Notes: generated by a model not told the origin, from the letters alone. Counted from the first letter of the stretch, positions 55,609-64,000 are shown. The stretch: 64,000 nucleotides of DNA from Minisyncoccia bacterium (GCA_041742965.1 JBGTNQ010000004.1:70241-134240); one strand, 5' to 3'. Numbers and translations: made by a program.

Positions 55609-56640
55609 ATGAAGCATAAAAGTTTCTTTGACTTTTTTCCAACTCCAAAGTTTATGGATATGCCGGCACCCGGTCTGTCCCTTAACGACTCTGGCCTTCG
55701 TTATGTTGAGTTTACTCCAAGTGCTCACGGAATATCTATAGGTCACTACGGAAAAGCTATTTTACCATCGGGTATTATTGAAGCTGGAATAATAAAGGAC
55801 CCAGAGAGCTTAATGCACGCCCTTGAAAATTTTCGTAAGAGTTTTAACTTGAGGTATATTCGCACATCACTTCCAGAAGAAAGGGCCTATTTGTTTAATA
55901 CTAAAATTGCCAAAGTTGCCGAGAAAGAACTTAGAACGGCAGTAGAGTTTACCATCGAGGAAAATGTACCGCTGTCTGTGTCAGAGGTGGTGTTTGACTA
56001 TGTCGTTCTTCCCAAAAAGGAAAACAATAGAGATGAGATAGAGGTTTCGGTGTCCGTGGTTCCGGAGGCGGTGGTTCTTGAATACTTAGAAATTTTTCGT
56101 AAGGCGGGATTTGTACCACTTCATTTTGATGTTGAGTCTCAGGCTATAACAAAATCGCTTATATCAAGGCGCGATCATGGGGTATCTCTGGTGGTTAATT
56201 GGGATTTGTCCAAGGTTGGTTTGTATATTTCATCTTTCAATTCTGTCCACTTTACATCTACCATTCCCATTTCTTCTCAGCGTAATAAAGATATGCCAGC
56301 AGGTGGAATAAATGAAGAGTGGTTAAAATCACCAGATATCCTATTTCTTAAAGATGAGATAAAAAAAGTTTTGCTTTATTGGCAGACACAAGCAGATAAG
56401 ACAGGGAAGGTGGCGGAGTCAATAGAGAGAATTGTTTTATGTGGGGAGGGGGTTGGGAAAAAAGAGCTGGCTGTAGAACTTTCTCGAACTTTTAGTATTA
56501 AAGCTGAGCTTGGTAATGTTTGGGCTAATGCTTTTTCTTTTGATGACTATATTCCTGAGATATCAATAGAAGAGTCTTTGGCTTATGCTGGAGCAGTAGG
56601 CCTCGCTATTCCTCAGCAGATGTTAGATTTAAATATATAA
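55609..56640 (+). CDS. pilM: type IV pilus assembly protein PilM (actin-like ATPase fold)
   Basis: 343 aa; PilM-like segments (AVVLEYLEIFRKAGFVPLHFDVESQAI); followed by pilN/pilO-like genes. Confidence 0.6.
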   Translation: MKHKSFFDFFPTPKFMDMPAPGLSLNDSGLRYVEFTPSAHGISIGHYGKAILPSGIIEAGIIKDPESLMHALENFRKSFNLRYIRTSLPEERAYLFNTKIAKVAEKELRTAVEFTIEENVPLSVSEVVFDYVVLPKKENNRDEIEVSVSVVPEAVVLEYLEIFRKAGFVPLHFDVESQAITKSLISRRDHGVSLVVNWDLSKVGLYISSFNSVHFTSTIPISSQRNKDMPAGGINEEWLKSPDILFLKDEIKKVLLYWQTQADKTGKVAESIERIVLCGEGVGKKELAVELSRTFSIKAELGNVWANAFSFDDYIPEISIEESLAYAGAVGLAIPQQMLDLNI

Positions 56641-56642
56641 CA

Positions 56643-57179
56643 ATGTTTAACCTACTTCCAGAAATTGAAAAAAAGCAAATTATGAGCGAATACAATATTC
56701 GACGTACGATTGTCGCTCTAATTTTTCTTTTTATCGCAGGGCTCTTTTCTGTTATTTCTATAATTCCTTCTTTCATACTCTCGTCTTTTAAGATTTCTCA
56801 AGTATCAGAAGATATATTAGCGATACAACAGTCAGATATTTTTAGAGAAGAGGCCGAGCTTATGGCGTCCCTTTCGAATACAAATTCAAAGATTTCTACG
56901 CTTCTTCCTAAAGAACAAAATATATATATAGCAGACCTTTTCGATAAACTTCTTTCTCATAGAACTTCCAATATCAGGATAAATGGCATTGCTTATCGTG
57001 CCAGTGAAACGGGGGGTAGTGTGGCTGTAAATGGGGTTGCTCAGAGTCGGGAAAATTTATCCTCTTTTGTGGAAGATTTGAGAAAAAATCCTCTATTTAC
57101 AGAAGTTAATTTGCCGGTTTCCAATTTTGCCAAAGACCGAAACGCCGATTTCACTCTAAATATAAAGGGTAATTTTTAA
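56643..57179 (+). CDS. pilN: type IV pilus assembly protein PilN-like
   Basis: 178 aa; MFNLLPE N-terminus (PilN INLLP signature) followed by one TM helix. Confidence 0.55.
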   Translation: MFNLLPEIEKKQIMSEYNIRRTIVALIFLFIAGLFSVISIIPSFILSSFKISQVSEDILAIQQSDIFREEAELMASLSNTNSKISTLLPKEQNIYIADLFDKLLSHRTSNIRINGIAYRASETGGSVAVNGVAQSRENLSSFVEDLRKNPLFTEVNLPVSNFAKDRNADFTLNIKGNF

Positions 57180-57182
57180 GAG

Positions 57183-57767
57183 ATGAAAAAAATCACCAGA
57201 ATAAAAAAAATATTTATCTTGTGTGTCATCATGAATGTGGTTGTGTTTGGTGTTTACACCTTTCTCTTTTTGGATATCAAGGCGAAAAACGAGAAAGTGT
57301 ATGATCTCTTGTCAGAGGCTGATCGGGATATCAAAAAAGACGAAACTTTGAGGGCTGTGAAGTATTCTCTCAGTGAAAATAAGAACTTCATTTCTCAAAT
57401 AGATTCATTTTTTGTACCTCAAGACGGAGTCGTCTCTTTTATAGATACTCTAGAAAGATTGGAACTCAATAGTGGTATTGATCTTGGAATAAGCTATGTA
57501 TCGGTAGAGACTAATACGAAAAATAAGAATGATTTTAAAGAAGTTCTTAACTTAAGATTAGATGGGGAAGGTTCATGGCAGAATCTTTTTCACTTCCTTT
57601 CTTTGCTTGAAAACTTACCGTATCGTATTGAGTTTAATTCAGTTTCTTTTGTTCTTTCTGGGGCTTCAGATTCTATTTTGTTTTCGGGATCTGATGGTTT
57701 AAGGGTGAGAGCTCCCAGTGAATTCTGGAAAGGGTCATTTGAAGTCCTTGTGTATAAACTCAAATAA
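57183..57767 (+). CDS. PilO-like membrane-anchored protein
   Basis: 194 aa; TM helix then coiled-coil/periplasmic domain; position after pilN. Confidence 0.4.
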   Translation: MKKITRIKKIFILCVIMNVVVFGVYTFLFLDIKAKNEKVYDLLSEADRDIKKDETLRAVKYSLSENKNFISQIDSFFVPQDGVVSFIDTLERLELNSGIDLGISYVSVETNTKNKNDFKEVLNLRLDGEGSWQNLFHFLSLLENLPYRIEFNSVSFVLSGASDSILFSGSDGLRVRAPSEFWKGSFEVLVYKLK

Positions 57768-57770
57768 AAT

Positions 57771-58103
57771 ATGAAATCGATAGATTTTAAAAAAATATTT
57801 TTAAAAATAAAAGCGCCCAAGAGAAAGGAGTTTCGCACAATAAGCTCAAAGGCGCACCATGATTGGAAGTTCATTCTTATTTCTTTTTTCATCCTCTCTA
57901 CACTTGTTGTTTCTTTAAATACCTATATTTTTTTTGAAATAAGTAAGGGTGAAATTTTTGTAAAAGAAATCGAGAGTGGTTTAGGTAGTGAGGTTATAAG
58001 TGAAAAGAATCTTGAAAATGCAGTAAGGTTTTTCGAAGAAAGACAAATTCGCTTTGACAGGCTACAAATAGAAAAGCCGGTGATCCCCGATCCATCTCTT
58101 TAG
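57771..58103 (+). CDS. small membrane-anchored protein (PilP-like position)
   Basis: 110 aa; one TM helix. Confidence 0.3.
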   Translation: MKSIDFKKIFLKIKAPKRKEFRTISSKAHHDWKFILISFFILSTLVVSLNTYIFFEISKGEIFVKEIESGLGSEVISEKNLENAVRFFEERQIRFDRLQIEKPVIPDPSL

Positions 58104-58107
58104 TCTT

Positions 58108-58129
58108 TTTTGTGCCCTCGCGAGGAATC
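58108..58129. repeat. 22-nt direct duplicate of the tRNA-Arg(TCT) 3' end (TTTTGTGCCCTCGCGAGGAATC)
   Basis: Identical to 58269-58290; lies about 140 bp downstream of the tRNA. Confidence 0.8.
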
Positions 58130-58273
58130 AAAACTTACAGTTTCAGTACCCGTTGCGGATATTTTATTTGGCTTCGCCTCTAAAGTACCTCGCAACAGCT
58201 TCGATTCTTCTCTCAGGCCAAAACAATAGTCAGCAAAAAGCTCCAGGTCTTCGCTTTTACTTCGTTTATTTTG

Positions 58274-58345
58274 TGCCCTCGCGAGGAATCGAACCTCGAA
58301 TAGCGGCTTAGAAGTCCGCAGTTATATCCATTTAACTACAAGGGC
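58274..58345 (-). tRNA. tRNA-Arg (anticodon TCT)
   Basis: Reverse complement GCCCTTGTAGTTAAATGGATATAACTGCGGACTTCTAAGCCGCTATTCGAGGTTCGATTCCTCGCGAGGGCA; loop CTTCTAA; A31:G39 mismatch at the base of the anticodon stem. Confidence 0.65.
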
Positions 58346-58401
58346 AATTCATACATATTACCTCGCTCTTTTGGTTTTGTCTTAACTAAAAACTCAGACT
58401 C

Positions 58402-58477
58402 TGGTGCGCGATACAGGACTCGAACCTATGACCTTCCCGGTGTAAACGGGTTGCTCTACCAACTGAGCTAATCGCGC
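58402..58477 (-). tRNA. tRNA-Val (anticodon TAC), CCA encoded
   Basis: Reverse complement GCGCGATTAGCTCAGTTGGTAGAGCAACCCGTTTACACCGGGAAGGTCATAGGTTCGAGTCCTGTATCGCGCACCA. Confidence 0.8.
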
Positions 58478-58540
58478 AAAATATATAAACTGACAACTAA
58501 CAACCCGCAACTAACTAACCGGCCCAATACCTACCAAGAC

Positions 58541-58553
58541 AGCTAATCGCGCA
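58541..58553. repeat. 13-nt duplicate of the tRNA-Val 5' end (AGCTAATCGCGCA) about 65 bp upstream of the tRNA
   Basis: Identical to 58465-58477. Confidence 0.6.
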
Positions 58554-58603
58554 TGTGTATTACAACCTACAACAAATAGGAAATAAATTCCAGTGATAAA
58601 GGG

Positions 58604-59380
58604 ATGCCAAAATATTGCTCAAATCCACCTTTCTTATATAGTGGAGCTGTGTCTATACTTAAAGATATTTCAATTATATATGAAGATGAGCATATCCTGG
58701 TGATTAACAAGCCGGCAGGTATTGCCGTCCACCCAGATGGTCGGACCACGGAAGAAACTTTGGTTGACTGGATTTTGTCCAAATATCCTGAGATTAAGGG
58801 AGTAGGTGAACCCCTAACCCTTAGTTCTGGGGTTTTGATAGAGAGGCCGGGTATAGTGCACCGTCTTGATAGGGAAACCACAGGGGCTCTCATTATTACT
58901 AAAACAGCAAAATCTTTTAAATATTTTAAAAAACTTTTTAGCGATAGGAAAATCTTAAAGGAATATCACGCCTTTGTTTATGGGAGTTTACCTAGGGACT
59001 TTGGAACTATAGATAGGCCAATTGGTCGTAGCCGTACAGATTTTAGAAAGTGGTCTGCCGAACCAAAGGCGAGGGGAGAGCTGAGAGAAGCAAAGACATA
59101 TTATGAAGTTATGGGCCGTGGCGAAGACTCTACTTTTGTAAGGGCTCTTCCAAAGACAGGAAGGACACACCAGATACGAGTTCATTTTAAAGCTATTAGT
59201 CACCCCATTGTTTCTGATCCACTGTATGCCCCTAAAAGGGAAAAGATTTTAGGATTCAAGCGTACGGCTTTGCATGCTTTTTCTCTAGAATTTATCCATA
59301 TAAATGGAGAAACTCTGGTTTTGAAGGCGTCTTATCCGCAAGATTTTGAAAGTGCCATAAAGGTTTTTAAATCTAGTTAA
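58604..59380 (+). CDS. RluA family pseudouridine synthase
   Basis: 258 aa; HRLDRETTGALIITKT catalytic motif. Confidence 0.8.
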   Translation: MPKYCSNPPFLYSGAVSILKDISIIYEDEHILVINKPAGIAVHPDGRTTEETLVDWILSKYPEIKGVGEPLTLSSGVLIERPGIVHRLDRETTGALIITKTAKSFKYFKKLFSDRKILKEYHAFVYGSLPRDFGTIDRPIGRSRTDFRKWSAEPKARGELREAKTYYEVMGRGEDSTFVRALPKTGRTHQIRVHFKAISHPIVSDPLYAPKREKILGFKRTALHAFSLEFIHINGETLVLKASYPQDFESAIKVFKSS

Positions 59381-59426
59381 TATTGCGGTTTTTTACTCCC
59401 TATGATAGAGTTTTTGGCACTCTATT

Positions 59427-59882
59427 ATGAATACAAAAGCTATAGCATATACTCCTGTTGATATGACCGAGCGAAAAAAGCTCGGTATTCGTGCTGGTGA
59501 TACTGTGAAAGTTTGGCAAAAGATTCAAGAGAAAGGCAAAACTCGCCTTCAGGTATTTGAAGGTCTCGTCCTAGCTGTTAAGCATGGAGGTGAACCAGGT
59601 GCAACTTTTACTGTTCGTCGTGTGGCTAGTGGTGTAGGTGTAGAGAAAATATTCCCCCTTTATTCTCCTATGATTGATAAGATTTCTATTACAAAAAGTG
59701 CTAAGGTTCGTCGAGCTAAGCTTTACCACATTCGTGACAAAGCCGCCAAGGAGATCAAGCGTCAAATGAGAAATACTCGGCTTGTCTCAGCTAAGGATGA
59801 GACACCAGCAGAGTCCGACCCAGTCCCAGAGACAGACGACAAAGTAGAAGTGGCAGAAGAGACAGAAAAAGCAGAAGCATAA
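59427..59882 (+). CDS. rplS: 50S ribosomal protein L19 (with acidic C-terminal extension)
   Basis: 151 aa; GDTVKVWQKIQEKGKTRLQVFEGLVLAVKHGG...FTVRRV matches L19. Confidence 0.85.
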   Translation: MNTKAIAYTPVDMTERKKLGIRAGDTVKVWQKIQEKGKTRLQVFEGLVLAVKHGGEPGATFTVRRVASGVGVEKIFPLYSPMIDKISITKSAKVRRAKLYHIRDKAAKEIKRQMRNTRLVSAKDETPAESDPVPETDDKVEVAEETEKAEA

Positions 59883-59971
59883 AAAAGATCCTCCACATAT
59901 CGAAGGATCTTTTTTCTTAGGCTTGGTTGAAAATAGGTATAGCTTTAGCTATAGTGGGTGAGCATTTTAAT

Positions 59972-60053
59972 GCCCGGGTGGAGAAATTGGTAGACTTACT
60001 ACCTTGAGGTGGTAGCGCCGAAAGGCATGCAGGTTCAAATCCTGTCCCGGGCA
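59972..60053 (+). tRNA. tRNA-Leu (anticodon GAG)
   Basis: GCCCGGGTGGAGAAATTGGTAGACTTACTACCTTGAGGTGGTAGCGCCGAAAGGCATGCAGGTTCAAATCCTGTCCCGGGCA; long variable arm. Confidence 0.8.
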
Positions 60054-60084
60054 CAAGATAAAAATGAAAGTTTTTATTTTACAT

Positions 60085-60160
60085 GGTGCCTATGGTGTAA
60101 TGGTTAGCACTGAAGTTTGTGGAACTTCCAGTTCGGGTTCAAATCCCGATAGGCACCCCA
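60085..60160 (+). tRNA. tRNA-His (anticodon GTG) with genome-encoded G-1 and CCA
   Basis: G-1 then GTGCCTA...TAGGCAC, discriminator C, CCA; anticodon stem GAAGT/ACTTC with loop TTGTGGA. Confidence 0.8.
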
Positions 60161-61735
60161 TTCGAGAATCAGTTGTTGAAAAGCGACATTTCGCGCGTCA
60201 ACAGAACTGTATTCTCTCAGTCCTAACCTCTCAAATTCAGCCCTAAATTCAGGGTATGCTTCTTTGATTGGCTGGAGCCATTCGTTGGCTGTGATAAAGA
60301 CTTTCCCATGTTTTATGTAGAAGTTCTGACCGAGTGCCGAGAATATCTCACGTTTTCTTTGAAGATTACCCATAACGAATTCCTTTCTAGCAAAGCATGC
60401 AAAGCTAAATACCTGCTCTGTAAGATCTAGCCACTTTGAAGCACGTCCCTCGGTTTCCCGGAGTTTCGCTTGTAATCGGGCGATTTTATCTTTGAGTACG
60501 TCGCGCTCTTTAACAAAGCCCTCATCATCGATAAGATCGCGGTAGCGCATCTTTGTCAGGTTATCGAGCTCGGTCTGTGACTCGACGACAGTCTTGTGCT
60601 GCATTTCGTAAATCTTGGTACGTTCCTCAATTTCTTTATCATTGTTGCGATTCAAAGCTTCAATAGCCCAAGTTTGAAACTCGGGGAGGATGGTGTACTC
60701 CTCAAGCAAAAGCTCGATCTGCTGTTCGAGATCAATGAGGTTGATTGGGTTTCGCTTAGGACATGGCACACCTTTCTTGTGGCCTGAACAATGGTAGTAA
60801 GTATATGTTTTTAAGTTGCCAGTTTTCTTTATGGTTTTGGTCTTTTCCGTTCCGGTATACATCGCACCACATAAGCCGCAGCGAATAAGTCCAGTGAATG
60901 CGAACTCGTGTGTTTGACCTCTCGGCTTTCCAGTCCTGCCGAAGATAGCCTGGACCCGATCGTACTCCTCGAGGGTGATCATCGGCTTATGATTTCCTTT
61001 ATAGACTTTCTTACCCCACTCGAACATTCCTGTATAGAAAATATTCTTAAACATTTTATAAATCACGCTCGAAGCCATTTCAACTCCACCGCTTCGCTTA
61101 CTTTTCAAGGACCGATAGCCCCATTCCTTACTTGCAATCTCGGCGATACTTACCGGTGTATAGTTTCCGGTAAGCATAAGGTCCCACATCTTTCGGATGA
61201 GGTCGAAGCGTTCAGGATCAGGTTGAATCGTATGTTCAAGTCTCTCGTTGATATAACCAGCCGGAGCCTTTGAGGGAAACCATCCGCGATCAGCTTTGCC
61301 ATGCATGCCGCGCTTTGTGTTCTTGCGAAGCTCGATGATGAACTGATTTGCCATTCCGCTCTCAACACTGAACAAGAGAACATTGTCGTCAGGCAGATAC
61401 TCACGCTCCATTGTTTGAATGGATTCGATGATTCCTTTCTGAAGCATCCAGCTTAACTTTCCACTATCGATAGGATTACGCGCTAAGCGATTGATTTGCC
61501 AACAAAGGATTCCTTTCGCTTCGCCTTTCTCAATGCGCTTGAGCATGTCATTGAAGATAGGACGGCCCGGCTGTTTTGCCGACTTTGCTTCGGTCAGGAT
61601 TTCTTTGACTGAAATACCTAGGGAATTAGCTCGCTCTTTGAGGCGGTTTATCTGGTCTTCGATTGACTGCTCCTGTCGATCCTCGGACCCAGAGGATTTG
61701 CGGGCGTACATGAAATATTCAACGTTTGTAGCCAT
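60104..61735 (-). CDS. large serine recombinase (resolvase/invertase N-domain, recombinase domain, zinc ribbon)
   Basis: 543 aa; N-terminal YARKSSGSEDRQEQSIEDQ catalytic-serine motif; C-terminal CGLCG...HCSGHKKGVPCPK zinc ribbon; last 14 codons lie inside tRNA-His. Confidence 0.85.
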   Translation of the reverse strand: MATNVEYFMYARKSSGSEDRQEQSIEDQINRLKERANSLGISVKEILTEAKSAKQPGRPIFNDMLKRIEKGEAKGILCWQINRLARNPIDSGKLSWMLQKGIIESIQTMEREYLPDDNVLLFSVESGMANQFIIELRKNTKRGMHGKADRGWFPSKAPAGYINERLEHTIQPDPERFDLIRKMWDLMLTGNYTPVSIAEIASKEWGYRSLKSKRSGGVEMASSVIYKMFKNIFYTGMFEWGKKVYKGNHKPMITLEEYDRVQAIFGRTGKPRGQTHEFAFTGLIRCGLCGAMYTGTEKTKTIKKTGNLKTYTYYHCSGHKKGVPCPKRNPINLIDLEQQIELLLEEYTILPEFQTWAIEALNRNNDKEIEERTKIYEMQHKTVVESQTELDNLTKMRYRDLIDDEGFVKERDVLKDKIARLQAKLRETEGRASKWLDLTEQVFSFACFARKEFVMGNLQRKREIFSALGQNFYIKHGKVFITANEWLQPIKEAYPEFRAEFERLGLREYSSVDARNVAFQQLILEWGAYRDLNPNWKFHKLQC

Positions 61736-61804
61736 ATAATTGGGTAATGTTAATGCTAAGGGGTGTTGCTGTGTTACCTTCTTCGTGGGGTAATTGCAAG
61801 TCCC

Positions 61805-63166
61805 TTAGAACGGAACATCCTCAGCCTTTATCTCGTTTTCATTGTTAGTAACATTTACCCCCGGTTCGTATGCACTATTTATTTCTTCCGTTTTCTCAAG
61901 CCTTTTAGCTGCGATAGTCGGGTACGTCAGGAGTTGTCGCCGATCGTTAGAGTCAGGTTCCTGGAAGATAAGGCCAGCAGATTCGATGTTCGGCAGGTAG
62001 TCATAGCGAAGCCTGAACATGCCGAGGTTTCCGCCATAGATGTGGGCATATTGTTTGAGCATGTCTTGTCTAGTAACGCCTATTTTCTTTTCTTCAGGCA
62101 CAGGATCGCCAAACTCATCGGTTTGGTCCCGATTCCAGAGGGGAAGAATGATCTGCGAGTAGAATTCATAAAGGTATGGCGAAATCTCAAGCTCCTGAAA
62201 GAGTGATATCTTATCCCAAATCTCAAAGCCGGTATCGATGTCTAATTCAGATGCGTAGAGTGTTGTGCCTTGGCGCTTGCGATGCCAGACATTCAAAAGA
62301 GCAACTGATTTGATGATTGAATAAATGCGTTTGATGTCTCGCTGATTTCTCGGTTGCGGATTTTGTATGTGAGCGAGAAATCTTTGCTGAACGCCTTTCT
62401 CGTCCTCAATGATAATCTCGTCGACACCGGCAGCCTTGATTAAAGCGATGCGCTCGATCAGCGCTTTACGCAGAGGATTCTCATTGAGCTCTTTATAATA
62501 CTTCTTCTTGTCGGATTCCTTGCGAGAGGACTGGTGGATTCCGGCAAGTATCTTCTCCTGATTTATTTCAGGACTGAGAAGCAGGAAGCGGGTCATTTCT
62601 TGCTGGTCCATTTTTGCATTGGCTGAGCAGAATATGACTGATGGGAAGCCTCTGATGACGGCGGTCTTTGTGCGTGTGCCGCCTTTCTCCGTTTTGTCAG
62701 TTATTTTGTGCCTCGTTTCTTTCTCGTCGTGAGACAAGAGAGATCGGAGCTTTGTTAAAAGCGTTGCATGCGGCATATCAAGAAAGATAATAATTTTCCT
62801 TGATAGGTCGATAAAGCGTTCGTTCGTTTCCTTTTTGTACACGCCGCTCTCGTGGAGAAATGACGTAGGCGATGCCCCGGCGAGCTTCATTACATCTTCC
62901 TGTGGAAAGAGATTTGAGATCTCGAGAGGGATGAAGCTCTTGCCGGATGACGATGGAGCATTAAAACTGATATTAAATTGCGCGTTGTCGGTGTACGCAG
63001 CAAGCATGGCGAGAAACGTAATGATTTTATTTCCATCATCTTTTTTGATGGTGAGGTCCAGGACCTGCCGGACCTGATCAAGGGTAATAGGTTCAGGCGG
63101 GGTGATCCGCTCCTTAATTTTGTCGAGCTCTTCTTTGATCGTAAGTGACTCTAGATTCTGATTCAT
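61805..63166 (-). CDS. P-loop NTPase of the element (possible replication/helicase-type protein)
   Basis: 453 aa; Walker A APSSSGKSF; Walker B-like IIIFLDM. Confidence 0.35.
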   Translation of the reverse strand: MNQNLESLTIKEELDKIKERITPPEPITLDQVRQVLDLTIKKDDGNKIITFLAMLAAYTDNAQFNISFNAPSSSGKSFIPLEISNLFPQEDVMKLAGASPTSFLHESGVYKKETNERFIDLSRKIIIFLDMPHATLLTKLRSLLSHDEKETRHKITDKTEKGGTRTKTAVIRGFPSVIFCSANAKMDQQEMTRFLLLSPEINQEKILAGIHQSSRKESDKKKYYKELNENPLRKALIERIALIKAAGVDEIIIEDEKGVQQRFLAHIQNPQPRNQRDIKRIYSIIKSVALLNVWHRKRQGTTLYASELDIDTGFEIWDKISLFQELEISPYLYEFYSQIILPLWNRDQTDEFGDPVPEEKKIGVTRQDMLKQYAHIYGGNLGMFRLRYDYLPNIESAGLIFQEPDSNDRRQLLTYPTIAAKRLEKTEEINSAYEPGVNVTNNENEIKAEDVPF

Positions 63167-63380
63167 GATTTTGTAATTTATGTGCTAGTAAGGGAAGCGT
63201 TTCGTGACGACGCTTTTGAATGAGTTCATGTTCTTCTTGAGACATCGGCTTGTAGACGAGCTCCATCAGGCGCAGAAGTTTTGTCCCTTTATCAAGGGCT
63301 TCCTTCTGGTTTATGTCTATTCCAAAGCGACTCTTGTAGAGAGATTGGAACTTCTTGATGTCCTCGTCTAAGAGCTGCAT
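63114..63380 (-). CDS. hypothetical small protein of the element
   Basis: 88 aa ORF. Confidence 0.3.
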   Translation of the reverse strand: MQLLDEDIKKFQSLYKSRFGIDINQKEALDKGTKLLRLMELVYKPMSQEEHELIQKRRHETLPLLAHKLQNHESESRVTYDQRRARQN

Positions 63381-63382
63381 GG

Positions 63383-63661
63383 CTACTCGGAATAAAGCTT
63401 ATTCTTGAGCGCCTTGATGCTGTCAAAGAACGACCGAGCTTTGACTTTCAGCTGATCTGAAAAGTATTGATTGGCGTGACCATCTATTTCCGCATCTTTT
63501 TTGAATACGAAAAGAGCCTTGCGAGGATCGTTACGGTCCAAGCGTATTAGCTTGTACCCGAGGCACAAGAGTGCCGCCGATACTCCAAGGTCATAGGTTG
63601 TGAACACTTCGGACGGCTTATCAGTCTCGGACTGTGGCCATCCCTGTTTTTTCTTGATCAT
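63383..63661 (-). CDS. small phage-associated protein (DUF5659-like, from memory)
   Basis: 92 aa; TTYDLGVSAALLCLGYKLIRLDRNDPRKALFVFK resembles small phage proteins with a (S/T)xDL(Y/G)LAAFL...G.KL motif. Confidence 0.35.
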   Translation of the reverse strand: MIKKKQGWPQSETDKPSEVFTTYDLGVSAALLCLGYKLIRLDRNDPRKALFVFKKDAEIDGHANQYFSDQLKVKARSFFDSIKALKNKLYSE

Positions 63662-63798
63662 GGGTAATGATAATTATTGGTAATGAATGCTCTAAACAAA
63701 AAAGCCAAAGCATCGTGCTCTGACTTTATTCGTTTGCGACCGAGAAGTGGACGGAACGATTATGGGTTTAATGTGGCATCAGTGTGCCGAGTGTGCGC

Positions 63799-64000
63799 TC
63801 ATGTAATCAGTTTGTAGCCCAAACCTTTGATGTTCTTGATTATGTCCTTATTCTTGGCTTTCTTTGCAGGCAGAATAGAAAGTGCTTCTTTGAGATTGCG
63901 GATAACAAAAGTGAGATTTCGCTTTGTTGTTTTTGAAAGAGACTCGCCGAGAATACTGGTGTAGGTGATCTGATGGTTTTTTGCAGTAGCGAGTTTTGAA
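63799..64000 (-). CDS. C-terminal part of a winged-helix (OmpR/PhoB trans_reg_C-like) DNA-binding protein, truncated by the window edge
   Basis: Hand-translated: ...LTFVIRNLKEALSILPAKKAKNKDIIKNIKGLGYKLIT*; a (I/V)xGxGY(K/R)(L/F) ending is typical of OmpR-family winged helices. Confidence 0.4.
   Translation of the reverse strand, partial: SKLATAKNHQITYTSILGESLSKTTKRNLTFVIRNLKEALSILPAKKAKNKDIIKNIKGLGYKLIT

Larger units (their letters stand above)
60161..64000. mobile_element. left edge of an integrated element (serine-recombinase type) at tRNA-His; extends beyond the window end
   Basis: GC content and codon usage shift right after tRNA-His; large serine recombinase whose 3' end overlaps the tRNA; P-loop protein; phage-like small proteins. 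Confidence 0.55.

Noticed and set aside
1-64000. rRNA genes and CRISPR-Cas
   Set aside because: No rRNA-like conserved stretches and no repeat-spacer arrays or cas-like ORFs were seen anywhere in the window

Overview
This is a 64 kb chromosomal segment of a low-GC (about 40%), small-genome bacterium. The gene content and compact layout resemble CPR/Patescibacteria-type genomes, but that affinity is inference only. Clear landmarks: the replication-origin neighbourhood (rpmH-rnpA-yidC facing dnaA-dnaN-DUF721, with DnaA-box clusters in the rpmH/dnaA and dnaA/dnaN gaps); recombination/repair genes (xerC/D-like, xth, ruvC-yebC-ruvB, ruvA, ruvX, mutM, pcrA/uvrD, polA, holA-like, comM); translation genes (cca, rpsO, rpsT, rplS, tyrS, ksgA, tsaE, rluA-like, trmH-like, csaA); cell-envelope genes (PBP1A, LysM-M23 peptidase, Mur ligase); type IV pilus genes (pilB, pilM-N-O); and ten tRNAs (Pro, Gly, Arg-TCG, Lys, Arg-GCG, Ser, Arg-TCT, Val, Leu, His). 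Most interesting: (1) a ~12 kb plus-strand operon (17.0-28.9 kb) encoding a Gram-positive-style minimal type IV secretion/conjugation-like apparatus: PrgI/VirB3-like, VirB4 encoded as two adjacent genes, a VirB6/TrbL-like polytopic protein with a long coiled-coil tail, a TrbC/VirB2-like pilin fused to a LAS/M15-like zinc peptidase domain, several secreted proteins, and a four-helix-bundle (rRNA-IVS-type) gene bracketed by 17-bp perfect inverted repeats inserted within the operon; (2) a tRNA-associated repeat family (four copies, each just downstream of a tRNA and its terminator) plus short duplications of tRNA ends that look like integration scars; (3) two GIY-YIG nuclease mini-genes with mobile-element-like boundaries (one bounded by perfect 20-bp inverted repeats sharing a 13-nt motif found at the 3' ends of cca, xth and xerC; one inserted beside tRNA-Arg with a duplicated tRNA 5' segment); (4) a 0.5 kb ~60% GC island encoding a lipoprotein under a host-like promoter; (5) the edge of an integrated element at tRNA-His carrying a large serine recombinase, a P-loop protein and phage-like small proteins; (6) a candidate ~225 nt structured ncRNA with its own promoter and terminator between ruvB and pilB. 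No rRNA or CRISPR arrays were seen.
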